Shown in pieces: positions 31,029-40,019 of a DNA stretch of 64,000 nucleotides. How positions within the stretch are numbered: position 1 is the first letter of the stretch; the number at the start of each line of letters is the position of its first letter. A program made the position numbers and the translations under genes. Under the pieces are notes generated by a model. The model was given only the letters and a program-made list of their open reading frames with translations. It ran no database searches and was not told the DNA's origin. Source of the DNA: an uncultured Candidatus Saccharibacteria bacterium (GTDB lineage: Bacteria; Patescibacteriota; Minisyncoccia; Phycocordibacterales; UBA918); assembly GCA_964552045.1 (NCBI GenBank), contig CAZKFF010000006.1:34657-98656 (forward strand), read 5' to 3'.

Positions 31029-32378
31029 ATGATCTTAGAGAGTATAGCATCATCTCTACTTGCCTCAGTGCTCGCCTTGACCTCGTTTGGCGGCGCTGTC
31101 GATTCGATCAAGTCTGCAATACCGCACGCGTCCGCGCAGGTGGAACAGTCGGCGGATATACAGCTTAATCGGGATCGAAACTCGTGGAATGATTGGAGAG
31201 GAACCAGAGCAGTTATACAGGACATAGACCCGGAGGAAGGCTCTACCGGAACCACCGTCACCCTTACCGGAAAGCGATTCGGTGACGATAATATTGTCCG
31301 GTTCGGCAAAGGAGCAATAGACAACCCGACCGTTTCTGATGACGGTACTACGCTCACCTTTGTCGTTCCTGAAGAGATGGGACGATACTGCCCGCCGTGG
31401 CGCTTCTGTACGGAAATAGCGTTTGACGTAGACCCGGGCACGTACAACGTCCGCGTGCAGGACGGACAGAGAACAAGCAATACAGTGCAGTTTGAGGTGA
31501 CCGAAGGAACCACTACTCCGCAGGAACCGCTCACTATCAGCGGAATAGACGGACCCTCAATGCTCGCTGCAGGAGAGGAGGGAACTTGGAAAGTGGACGT
31601 AGAGAGCAACGGCGAGGGCAATCTCCAATACTCAGTGAAATGGGGAGATGAGGGCTGGAGTCCGTTCCGACTCTTCGGTGCGGATGAAATGGTGCAGTCA
31701 TCGGCGATCTTCACGCACACCTATGCGAACGAAGGAACCTACTATCCTGAGTTTATGGTGACAGATGAAGACGGCAATGAGGTGTCGGCAACAACCACCG
31801 TTGTGGTGGGCGATGATGAGGACACAGCGGTGCCGTACATCACAAAACTCGTGCCCGCTTCAGCAGAAGCTGGAGAGACTGTGACGATTACCGGTCAGGG
31901 CTTCGATGAAGACAGTACGGTCGCTGTGGGAACTACCTCGGCTGTGAACGTGGATGTTGCAAGCAGCACGCAGATCACGTTCGAAGCTCCCGATCTCACA
32001 CTCGCAACCTATGCAGTGACCGTAACCGACAATGATGGCACCAGCAATACGGCAGACCTGCAGATCGTCGACAATGGAAAGGTTTCGATCTCTGGAGTTG
32101 ACGCACCAGTGAAACTTACTGTCGGTGAAGCGGGATCATGGACGGTCCATGCCGCAACCAATACTTCCGGAAACCTCATGTATTCTGTGGACTGGGGAGA
32201 GGAAGACCTGATGATGGCGCGCATGCTGTCTGATGACGAGATGACGCAGGCATCCGCTTCATTCACCCACACGTACAGCACTGAAGGCACATATTACCCG
32301 AAGTTCACCGTGACTGATGAGGAAGGACACACAGCTTCGGTAAGTGCATCAGTTGTCGTGGTAGACAGCAACGAATAG
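31029..32378 (+). CDS. Secreted/surface protein with duplicated (IPT/TIG + PKD-like) modules
   Basis: Two repeats of GxTVTxTGxxF (IPT) and two of ISGxDxP...W..FTHTYxxEGTYYPxFxVTDExG (PKD-like). Confidence 0.65.
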   Translation: MILESIASSLLASVLALTSFGGAVDSIKSAIPHASAQVEQSADIQLNRDRNSWNDWRGTRAVIQDIDPEEGSTGTTVTLTGKRFGDDNIVRFGKGAIDNPTVSDDGTTLTFVVPEEMGRYCPPWRFCTEIAFDVDPGTYNVRVQDGQRTSNTVQFEVTEGTTTPQEPLTISGIDGPSMLAAGEEGTWKVDVESNGEGNLQYSVKWGDEGWSPFRLFGADEMVQSSAIFTHTYANEGTYYPEFMVTDEDGNEVSATTTVVVGDDEDTAVPYITKLVPASAEAGETVTITGQGFDEDSTVAVGTTSAVNVDVASSTQITFEAPDLTLATYAVTVTDNDGTSNTADLQIVDNGKVSISGVDAPVKLTVGEAGSWTVHAATNTSGNLMYSVDWGEEDLMMARMLSDDEMTQASASFTHTYSTEGTYYPKFTVTDEEGHTASVSASVVVVDSNE

Positions 32379-32508
32379 TTGCCTGAGCCGCAGGCATGCA
32401 CGAGAACAGGAAGCGTATTGCTTCCTGTTCTTTGTATGGTGTACACGGCAGGCAGCAGCTTCGTTTGTGCAGAGAGGATGTTATGATAGCCTGCTCACAC
32501 TTATATTT

Positions 32509-33912
32509 ATGACTGAATCAATACATCATCAGGAGGGACGCGTCCTTACACACGGGAATATCCGCAGGCAGCTCTGGTCACTTGCATGGCCCATCATGCT
32601 GTCGATCTTCTTTTATACGCTCTACAACATCGTGGACGCGTTTTGGGTAAGCAAGCTTTCGGCTGAGGCGATCGCGGCGGTGAGCATCTCCCAGATATCG
32701 CTCTTTATCATGGTTTCGCTCAGCATGGGCATCACCGCAGGGTCGGGAGTTTTGATGGCGATGCATATTGGAGCAAATGAAAAAGAGGAAGCAGAACGCG
32801 TGCTCGGTCAGTCATTCCTCCTCTCTGCGGTTGTCGGATTGGCATTCACCATTATTGCGTTGTTGTCCCGGAACGAGCTCCTCGTGCTTTCAGGCGCGAC
32901 CGGAACCATTTTAGAGCCGGCACTTGAATACTTCGTGGTCACCGCTGCCGGTTCAATGTTGCTGTTTTTGATGATGACCGTCAACTTTGCCTTTAACGCG
33001 CAGGGGGATACATTCAGCCTCACCAAACTGTTCGCTATTTCAGCGCTCGTCAATGCCGCGCTTGACCCGCTTATGATCTTCGGATGGCTCGGATTTCCAG
33101 CCCTCGGCATCTCCGGCGCCGCATACGCAACGCTCATTTCGCAGGCGATCTTTCTGGTGATGGCGTACCGGAAACTCGCAAGCCCTGACATGATGGTGCG
33201 CTTCTATTTCCGCAATCTGACATTTGTCTGGGAATCGGTACAGAAAGTTCTCAATATCGGCATTCCCGCGTCACTTACGCAGGTGATCAACCCAATTGGA
33301 GTGGCTGCGCTCATGTTCATTGTCGCTCTCGGATTCCAAGAGGCGGGCACGATCGCGTTCAGTATCGGTTCACGGGTTGAGTTCTTCGCATTTCTGCCGG
33401 CGATCGGCTTCGGCTTCGGTGCGATGTCGCTCATTGGCCAGAACATCGGCGCAGGGGACATTGCCCGTGCGCGCGAAGCGTTCCGCACATCGCTTCTATA
33501 CGGCGCGGGCGCATCCGCCGGGTTCGGCGTGCTCTGCATGCTGCTGGCGGTGCCGATCACCCGTATCTTCACGACCGATCCTTTGGTGACCGAATATTCA
33601 CTTTCATACATCTGGGTAGTCGCCTGCAGCTATGCCTTCATGTCGGCTTCGATGGTCGAGGCGAGCGCGTTCCAGGCGATCGGCCGTTCCTGGCCGGGAT
33701 TCTGGATCCTTTTCATCCGTTTCATTGGTGTATCCCTGCCGCTTGCCTATGTGCTCACGCAGATCTTCGTACTGCCGCTATGGGGCGTGTGGCTCGGGAT
33801 CGTTGCGGGGAATGTTGTCGCATCGCTTGTCGGGTACGTATGGATCACTCACACGCTGCGGAAGTTCGATGCCGACGACGCTCCGGTGCACGCGGAGGTA
33901 CCTGCACTGTAG
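32509..33912 (+). CDS. MATE family efflux transporter
   Basis: 12-TM; RRQLWSLAWPIMLSIFFYTLYNIVDAFWVSKLS typical MATE N-terminus. Confidence 0.85.
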   Translation: MTESIHHQEGRVLTHGNIRRQLWSLAWPIMLSIFFYTLYNIVDAFWVSKLSAEAIAAVSISQISLFIMVSLSMGITAGSGVLMAMHIGANEKEEAERVLGQSFLLSAVVGLAFTIIALLSRNELLVLSGATGTILEPALEYFVVTAAGSMLLFLMMTVNFAFNAQGDTFSLTKLFAISALVNAALDPLMIFGWLGFPALGISGAAYATLISQAIFLVMAYRKLASPDMMVRFYFRNLTFVWESVQKVLNIGIPASLTQVINPIGVAALMFIVALGFQEAGTIAFSIGSRVEFFAFLPAIGFGFGAMSLIGQNIGAGDIARAREAFRTSLLYGAGASAGFGVLCMLLAVPITRIFTTDPLVTEYSLSYIWVVACSYAFMSASMVEASAFQAIGRSWPGFWILFIRFIGVSLPLAYVLTQIFVLPLWGVWLGIVAGNVVASLVGYVWITHTLRKFDADDAPVHAEVPAL

Positions 33913-33967
33913 ACCACCGCGATGTGCTACTATAGCCCGAGTACCAGCTCTCACACAGGAGGCCATT

Positions 33968-34336
33968 GTGCCGCTTTTTGTTGACCAGGCATTCATCGCT
34001 CATGCCGGAAGCCGTCTTCCATTCAAGATCGAGTGCGATGCGCTCACTGATGAGGACATCGAAACGCTCGCAAAGATAATCGGGGGCACGCATCTCTTCG
34101 GAAAAGTGCATGGCGTTCCGCAGGGCGGTATGCGCCTGGCTGCCGCGTTGCAGAAGCATTGCCTGAACTACGGCCAGACGCTCATTGTCGATGATGTGCT
34201 CACCACAGGCACCTCCATGGAGGAAGCCCGCCGGCAGATCGGTGGGCCGTCGCAGGGAGTCGTCATCTTCGCACGTGGAAACTGTCCCTCTTGGATTAAG
34301 CCGATATTCCAGCTTTCGCCATGGGCGGGACCATGA
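33968..34336 (+). CDS. Small phosphoribosyltransferase-fold protein (GTG start)
   Basis: TLIVDDVLTTGTSM PRPP-binding motif; AGGAGG 6 nt before GTG 33968; ORF-track N-terminus overlaps MATE and is GC-rich nonsense. Confidence 0.5.
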   Translation: MPLFVDQAFIAHAGSRLPFKIECDALTDEDIETLAKIIGGTHLFGKVHGVPQGGMRLAAALQKHCLNYGQTLIVDDVLTTGTSMEEARRQIGGPSQGVVIFARGNCPSWIKPIFQLSPWAGP

Positions 34337-34403
34337 AGATCTTCACAGCCGCACGCGCACGCGCGTGCGGCTGTTCTCCTCACTGCGCTCTGTCTGTGTG
34401 TAT

Positions 34404-35351
34404 ATGTACTATACTAAAGTCATGCTTACGAATCTTTTTATCTTCGCGGCAGCTCTTTTGATGATCGGTCGCGGCGCGACGCTTGCGACGAGGTATGCAG
34501 GCAAATTCGCACAGAGCCTTAATCTCTCAAAGTACACGGTCGGATTCCTGATCATCGCCGTCATATCGATCCTTCCGGAGACCTTTGTTGCCATAAATGC
34601 CGCACTACGTGATGTGCCGGCAGTGGGACTCGGTATGCTGCTCGGCTCTAACGTTGCCGACCTCACGCTCATCTTCGCGCTCGTGGTGCTCTTGTCGGGA
34701 AGAAGCCTCCATGTCGAACAGAAGATCCTGAAGACCCACGTGCTGTATCCGCTTATCCTTCTGGTTCCCATAGTGCTCGGTCTTGACGGACATTTCTCAC
34801 GTCTTGAGGGGGCGACGCTTATTCTGCTCGGGTGCATCTTTTATTATCTGGCGCTGAAGAGCGAGGAACGTTCAGACGATCTGGAGATCCGCAAGAAGGA
34901 CAGGGTCGTGAATATGCTTATGCTTCTGTTCAGCCTGGGTATTCTTTTGGCAGGCGCATACTTCATCGTATCCTCAACCGCCGCATTGGGAGCGGCACTT
35001 GGCGTCAGCCCGGTTATTATTGGCATGCTTGTGGTTGCGCTTGGCACTACTATGCCTGAGCTCTTCTTCGCGGTGAAATCGGTGAAACAGCATAATGATT
35101 CACTTGCTGTCGGCGACCTGCTTGGCGTTGTGCTTGCTGACGCGACCATCGTCATCGGCATTCTTGCGCTTCTCAATCCGTTCAGTTTTCCCAAGACCAC
35201 GATCTATATCGGCGGCGTGTTTATGGTCGCTGCGTCGTTCATCCTGTTCAACTTCATGCGCTCGGGGAAAATGGTCACCCGAAAGGAGGCGTTATCGCTT
35301 GTTGTATTTTGGGCGACATTCATACTCGTTGAGTTTATTGCCGGCACGTAG
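34404..35351 (+). CDS. Ca2+/cation antiporter (CaCA; YrbG-like)
   Basis: Duplicated alpha-repeats SILPETFVAI and GTTMPELFFAV; ~10 TM. Confidence 0.8.
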   Translation: MYYTKVMLTNLFIFAAALLMIGRGATLATRYAGKFAQSLNLSKYTVGFLIIAVISILPETFVAINAALRDVPAVGLGMLLGSNVADLTLIFALVVLLSGRSLHVEQKILKTHVLYPLILLVPIVLGLDGHFSRLEGATLILLGCIFYYLALKSEERSDDLEIRKKDRVVNMLMLLFSLGILLAGAYFIVSSTAALGAALGVSPVIIGMLVVALGTTMPELFFAVKSVKQHNDSLAVGDLLGVVLADATIVIGILALLNPFSFPKTTIYIGGVFMVAASFILFNFMRSGKMVTRKEALSLVVFWATFILVEFIAGT

Positions 35352-35528
35352 AGAACAGGCCACACGAAAACCCGGCTCCCACACTGAACGGACCGGGTAT
35401 GTTTGATGCCGTCGTGCGGCGTTGCTGTTCCGAACGATCATCCAGTGCATGCGTGTCTTCACTGGGGACTCATGAAGGTTCGGTACTATCACCGAACACA
35501 GCCTATTATCAGTTTAGCTATCTATATT

Positions 35529-35732
35529 ATGAGCGAAAAAGACAGCCTTACTGTTCCGCATCTGCGTCACTTTATGAGCGGCATTCCTTATCCCGCTACC
35601 CAGCAGGAAATAATCACGTATGCCCGCAACAAGGGAGGCAGCAACGGGATCATACATGCGTTGGAGCAGCTGCCGAAAAAAACCTATGCCCATGAGGAAG
35701 AAGTGCTTGCTTCTCTATCGTTAACCGCTTAA
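35529..35732 (+). CDS. DUF2795 family small protein
   Basis: ..SGIPYPATQQEIITYARNKGGSNGIIHALEQLPKKTY.. family-typical. Confidence 0.55.
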   Translation: MSEKDSLTVPHLRHFMSGIPYPATQQEIITYARNKGGSNGIIHALEQLPKKTYAHEEEVLASLSLTA

Positions 35733-35734
35733 AC

Positions 35735-36211
35735 ATGAGAGTTATGAAAATTCCAAAACATCTGCCGCAGTTTGCCAGGACATCGGCGCTCCTCATTGTC
35801 GCGGGGAAGCAGGATGCTGCGCTGTACACGGTTTCGGACGGTATCATAGAGAGGATCGACGCATTCAAGATTCCCAAACCCCGGTACTCCGACAAGGAAG
35901 GCCGGTTCGGTGTGCGCGCAAAAGGCGGCAGTGTCACCGGAGGAGTACTTGAGTTGCGGGATGAAGACATCATCCGCGATTTCATCAGGGAACTTAAATC
36001 CAGACTCAAATCCGCTCCAGCGTTCGAATATCTGTACATCTTTGCGCCAGCTGATACCAAGAACAAAATAGCTGCGGCGCTGCCGAAAAATTGGAAAGGA
36101 AAGATAAGCGGGACCATTGTCGGCAATTACTATTATCGCCCGCCGCTGTTTGTGCTTGAAAAGATAGCTGCGGAGATGGAAAAAGAGAATCAGCCTGAGC
36201 AGGCAAAATGA
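35735..36211 (+). CDS. Host-attachment-protein-like (baeRF-family-like) hypothetical
   Basis: MKIPK...ALLIVAGKQDAALYTV N-terminal pattern; recollection-based. Confidence 0.45.
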   Translation: MRVMKIPKHLPQFARTSALLIVAGKQDAALYTVSDGIIERIDAFKIPKPRYSDKEGRFGVRAKGGSVTGGVLELRDEDIIRDFIRELKSRLKSAPAFEYLYIFAPADTKNKIAAALPKNWKGKISGTIVGNYYYRPPLFVLEKIAAEMEKENQPEQAK

Positions 36212-36250
36212 AACCGCCTGGCCTGCAAAGAATGCAGACGCAGGCGGTAT
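36212..36250. terminator. Bidirectional nested hairpin terminator
   Basis: ccgcctggcctgcaaagaatgcagacgcaggcgg. Confidence 0.6.
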
Positions 36251-36287
36251 GGAGGGTGCTGCAGAGCGTGCAACGCGCGTCGACGGA

Positions 36288-36452
36288 TCAGCTCGCGAGG
36301 TTGACGACGACGGCGTCGAGTCCGATTTCGTCGGGGGCGGCATCGGCGGTCGGCAGGTCGCGGCAGGCGTCCTTGAGGCCGGCATGGCTCAGCGAATCGA
36401 CAGTAATGAGCTCGGTCTGGTGCCGGAGGTGCGACGTGATGGAACGTTTCAT
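36288..36452 (-). CDS. Hypothetical small protein (54 aa) in a GC-rich segment
   Basis: AGGAAGG SD 9 nt upstream of ATG; MKRSITSHLRHQTELITVDSL...; no domain recognised. Confidence 0.3.
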   Translation of the reverse strand: MKRSITSHLRHQTELITVDSLSHAGLKDACRDLPTADAAPDEIGLDAVVVNLAS

Positions 36453-36741
36453 TTCGAAAAGTCCTTCCTTTGAAATGCAGCCAGCCTTCGGCTGCGTGCG
36501 AATCGCCCCGATCCCTAAGGGTAGGCGACTATTGGAGTGTACTCCCAAAACTCAGCAATTGCAATGCGGAGGACAAGAAGGGTTGATAAAGCTCATCAAT
36601 ATAATCTCTTGATTTTCAGTTGTATTTTTTTACGGATGTGCTTTAATAGCGGCAAACAAAGCATAGCTCCTCTTGAGAATTCTCTCAAAAAGAAGTAGAT
36701 CAGGCGTGGTGAAGTTTTGTTATATAAGTAAACAAAATAAG

Positions 36742-36939
36742 ATGACAGGTAAAATTGCACGTGTTACAGACCGAGGTTTCGGTTTCATTACTCCAGACAG
36801 CGGCGAGAAGGATGTATTCTTCCACGCTAAGGACCTTAACGGCGTTGAATTCAACGACCTTAAGGAGGGAGAGACTGTGACATTTGAGATCGTAGATGGC
36901 CCTAAGGGTCCAGCTGCGGCAAATGTAGCTCGCGCGTAA
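36742..36939 (+). CDS. cspA: Cold-shock protein (CspA family)
   Basis: MTGKIARVTDRGFGFITPDSGEKDVFFHAKDL RNP1/RNP2 motifs; long AT-rich 5' leader. Confidence 0.9.
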   Translation: MTGKIARVTDRGFGFITPDSGEKDVFFHAKDLNGVEFNDLKEGETVTFEIVDGPKGPAAANVARA

Positions 36940-36940
36940 G

Positions 36941-36990
36941 TGCGACATAAGAAAAGGCCGGGGCTTCGCCCCGGCCTTTTCTTATGTCGC
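36941..36990. terminator. Bidirectional terminator (long palindrome)
   Basis: gcgacataagaaaaggccggggc-ttcg-ccccggccttttcttatgtcgc. Confidence 0.75.
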
Positions 36991-37713
36991 ATACGGGTCT
37001 TTCTGCGCATACACTGCAATAGTGCGCCGTTTCCGCGCCTTGCCTCTGGAAACATGCTTGTGCGACGGATAGGTCTTGTGGACAATAAATTTCTCGCCGA
37101 GGAAATCCACAAGTTCTTCCTCGCTGTAGACGTATTCCTGCACACCGATGACCGGGTGGATATATGCATTCTCTTCGTCGGCGGGATTTTCAGAGATGAG
37201 CCGTTTGGTATGGAGATCTTTATCCCGCAGGAATGTCTTCATGAAAAGATACCCGCCCGGCTTCAGAATGCGATGTATCTCATCGCGCAAAAGTGTACGC
37301 TCGTCTTTCTTGAGGAAGTGGGAGCTCATCATATCGAGCGCGAGCATTTGGGTCTCATCTAAAATATCGAACCTTCCTGCGATAGATCGTACTTCATACG
37401 AAAGATTAAGGCCCTCTGAGAGTCGCTGTGCTTCCTTGATCGCCGCTGCGGAGGAGTCGTAGCCGATCCCGCGCATGCCGTACGTTCGCGCGAGGTATAC
37501 AAGATTCCTCCCATTACCGCATCCGAGATCGACAACCGAAGAGAGTGGGTTCAGAAGCGAGAGTTTCGTCTGGCGTTCGAGCCACCGGGTGAACTTCTCG
37601 AGATCATCGCTTGCGTCCGTTGAAAGCGCCAAGTGCTCGGCCTTGGTATATTCCTGGTCCCAAAACGCGGTACCGTGCCGGTTTCGTTTGTTGTTTTTGA
37701 CATGGCGTGCCAT
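36982..37713 (-). CDS. Class I SAM-dependent methyltransferase
   Basis: VVDLGCGNGRN motif I. Confidence 0.8.
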   Translation of the reverse strand: MARHVKNNKRNRHGTAFWDQEYTKAEHLALSTDASDDLEKFTRWLERQTKLSLLNPLSSVVDLGCGNGRNLVYLARTYGMRGIGYDSSAAAIKEAQRLSEGLNLSYEVRSIAGRFDILDETQMLALDMMSSHFLKKDERTLLRDEIHRILKPGGYLFMKTFLRDKDLHTKRLISENPADEENAYIHPVIGVQEYVYSEEELVDFLGEKFIVHKTYPSHKHVSRGKARKRRTIAVYAQKDPYAT

Positions 37714-37773
37714 ATGCCCGCATTAGAGCACACATCTTGCGTGTTTTGCAAATTGCCGTATGCTCACAGTGAC

Positions 37774-38520
37774 ATGGACGACCGATACATATATATCTAT
37801 GGCAAGCATGCGGTGATCGAAGCGCTCACATTCCGAAGCGACGTGGTCGCTGAAGTTTTCCTGCGGGAGGATGTCGCAGGAGAGGTTCGCGGCAAACTTT
37901 TGTCCTCAGTGAAAAAAGTGCAGTCCTTCAAAGGAGACGCCGTGCCGCGCGGAGTCGATAAACATGCGGTCCACCAGGGTTTTATAGCAAAGATAGATAG
38001 GGAACGGCTCGTGCTCTCTTTTGATGATTTCAGAACACAGTTGTCTGTGGAGAATACTACAGCTTTGGCGCTTCTCGGGGAGGTGCAGGATCCACACAAT
38101 GTCGGCGCAATCGTACGGTCAGCCGCCGCGTTCGGGCTTTCCGGCGTACTGATCCCGAAGCACCGCCAGGCAGGCGTGACTGGTACGGTCGTGAAGGTCT
38201 CCGCAGGGATGGCGTTCAAGGTGCCGCTTGTTGAAGTGCCGAATGTGAATCGTGCAATAGAGAGCCTGAAAAAGAACGGCTTCTTCGTCTACGGGCTCGA
38301 CGCAGGAGGAGAAACCGCGCTTCCCGAGGAGGATTTCCGCAAGCCGACGGTGTTTGTCCTCGGCAACGAAGGCGAGGGCATCAGGCAGAAGACGCGCGAA
38401 CACTGCGATTCCATACTCAGCATCCCCATGCACAAACGGACGGAATCGCTCAATGCCTCAGCGTCTGCTGCAGTCGCCTTCTATGCATGGAGCGTTGCGC
38501 ATCCTGACGCACTCCCATAA
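37774..38520 (+). CDS. SpoU/TrmH-family RNA 2'-O-methyltransferase (RlmB-like)
   Basis: IYGKHAVIEAL N-terminal and SPOUT motifs (LVLGNEGEGI, SLNASASAAVAFY). Confidence 0.85.
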   Translation: MDDRYIYIYGKHAVIEALTFRSDVVAEVFLREDVAGEVRGKLLSSVKKVQSFKGDAVPRGVDKHAVHQGFIAKIDRERLVLSFDDFRTQLSVENTTALALLGEVQDPHNVGAIVRSAAAFGLSGVLIPKHRQAGVTGTVVKVSAGMAFKVPLVEVPNVNRAIESLKKNGFFVYGLDAGGETALPEEDFRKPTVFVLGNEGEGIRQKTREHCDSILSIPMHKRTESLNASASAAVAFYAWSVAHPDALP

Positions 38521-38572
38521 GCACAGATGCGAGCACGCATCAGCTCTGCTCTGGTATACTGAACGGATAGGT

Positions 38573-38977
38573 ATGCCGGATTTTACGATCATCAACGAAA
38601 TTGCCGTCATCGGATGCACGTTCCTGATGCTCGCTATCAGCACTATCTGGTATTCGTCGTATATGTTCGGATCGCTATGGAAGAAGCATGCTCCTTCCAT
38701 AACTGCGCCTGAACATGGAGCATTGCGGAGGATCCTTTTTGCCGCTATCGCGTATGCGGTCATGCTTTCACTCCTTGCCTATCTGCTTGCACTCTCTCCG
38801 CTCCTTCAGCTCTCGTCCTTCGTCGCTTCACTCTGCGTATTTTTGTTTGCTGCCGCATTTCTTGCAGCGCTGTGTATAGAGCAAGGGAGATCGCACATAT
38901 ATTTCCTCATACAGGCAGGCTTCTTTTTTCTTTTTATTGTCGGCGGAGCGTTTGTCATCCAGTATTGGCCTTGGTAA
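38573..38977 (+). CDS. DUF1761 family membrane protein
   Basis: ..ISTIWYSSYMFGSLWKK.. family-typical, 4 TM. Confidence 0.55.
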   Translation: MPDFTIINEIAVIGCTFLMLAISTIWYSSYMFGSLWKKHAPSITAPEHGALRRILFAAIAYAVMLSLLAYLLALSPLLQLSSFVASLCVFLFAAAFLAALCIEQGRSHIYFLIQAGFFFLFIVGGAFVIQYWPW

Positions 38978-38981
38978 AGAT

Positions 38982-39488
38982 ATGCGATTTTTAGTTGAAA
39001 CAGTAGTATTGATCATATGTGCAGCCACTGCGTTCATCCTCTATCAAAACTATTGGGATGATCTGCGGTACGCGCTGTTTGCTGATGAGCCCGTGCATAC
39101 GATCTATCTTGCATCCGCTGCCCTTGAAGTCACCGTCGCTGATGATACCGAAGAACGTATACAGGGATTAAGCGGTGTGCCGAAACTGGACGATCTTGAA
39201 GGGAAACTCTTTATATTTGATGCGGATGCAAAGCACGGCATCTGGATGAAAGACATGCTTTTTCCGCTCGATATCTTGTGGATAGACAAGAATTTGAAAG
39301 TTGTGCACATCGTCGAGAATGCTACTCCTGATTCCTATCCGCAGACGATCTTCGCTCCTCCGGTTGAGGCGCGGTTTGTCCTTGAGATGAATGCTTTCTT
39401 TGTCTCATCACTCAAGATAAAAGTCGGCGATACGCTCACGCTGCCTCCATCACTGATACCTGAGGATATAAAACGGGATTTGCAATAG
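38982..39488 (+). CDS. DUF192 (COG1430) domain protein with N-terminal TM
   Basis: ..KHGIWMKDMLFPLDILWIDKNLKVVHI.. family-typical. Confidence 0.7.
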   Translation: MRFLVETVVLIICAATAFILYQNYWDDLRYALFADEPVHTIYLASAALEVTVADDTEERIQGLSGVPKLDDLEGKLFIFDADAKHGIWMKDMLFPLDILWIDKNLKVVHIVENATPDSYPQTIFAPPVEARFVLEMNAFFVSSLKIKVGDTLTLPPSLIPEDIKRDLQ

Positions 39489-39511
39489 TGCTCATTGTGT
39501 TGCATAATACT

Positions 39512-39932
39512 CCCGCGCAGATGATCGCCTCTGTTCTTGAACAGGGGAGGAAAGTCCGGACACGTTTTCGTGCGAAAGCAGGTCAAAAAAAGTAGCGGGT
39601 AACTCCCGTCCTTCGGCAACGCTCCATGCGTTCTTGAAGCGAGGTGCGAGCAGAGACGCCCGAAGCGAAAGCAAACGGGCATCCCGATTGGGATGAGCTC
39701 TCCTGGCAACAGGAGAGGTGAAACGGCTAAATCCTTACTCGCGTGCAAGGCCGCGCCCGGCCGCATTTTTGGAAAGACAGCCGTTTTCTTCCCAAAAATG
39801 CGGCCGGGAGAGCCGCAAGAGCTGTCTGGCAACAGGCAGCCCAGGTATATGATCATCCCAGGTATCTTTCGATCCTGGACAGAATCCGGCTTATCGCGTG
39901 AAGAATCGCCCCAGTTCTGGGGCTTTTCTTTT
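39512..39932 (+). ncRNA. rnpB: RNase P RNA (bacterial type A-like, reduced, with an extended helix insertion)
   Basis: GGAGGAAAGTCCGGAC (P4 5' strand), GCAAAC, GAGAGGTGAAACGGC, ACAGAATCCGGCTTATCG (P4 3' strand); terminator gccccagttctggggcttttc; boundaries approximate. Confidence 0.75.
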
Positions 39933-40019
39933 GCACGGAACAGCAGCTTCTCCCATTGGTACTGACTGAGTACATGCTATTCTATACATATTACAAAGGA
40001 GGTAAACCCGTGTTTAAAC

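Noticed and set aside
39693-39965. 90-aa ORF inside the RNase P RNA gene
   Set aside because: Overlaps conserved rnpB sequence blocks and the long inverted repeat; spurious.
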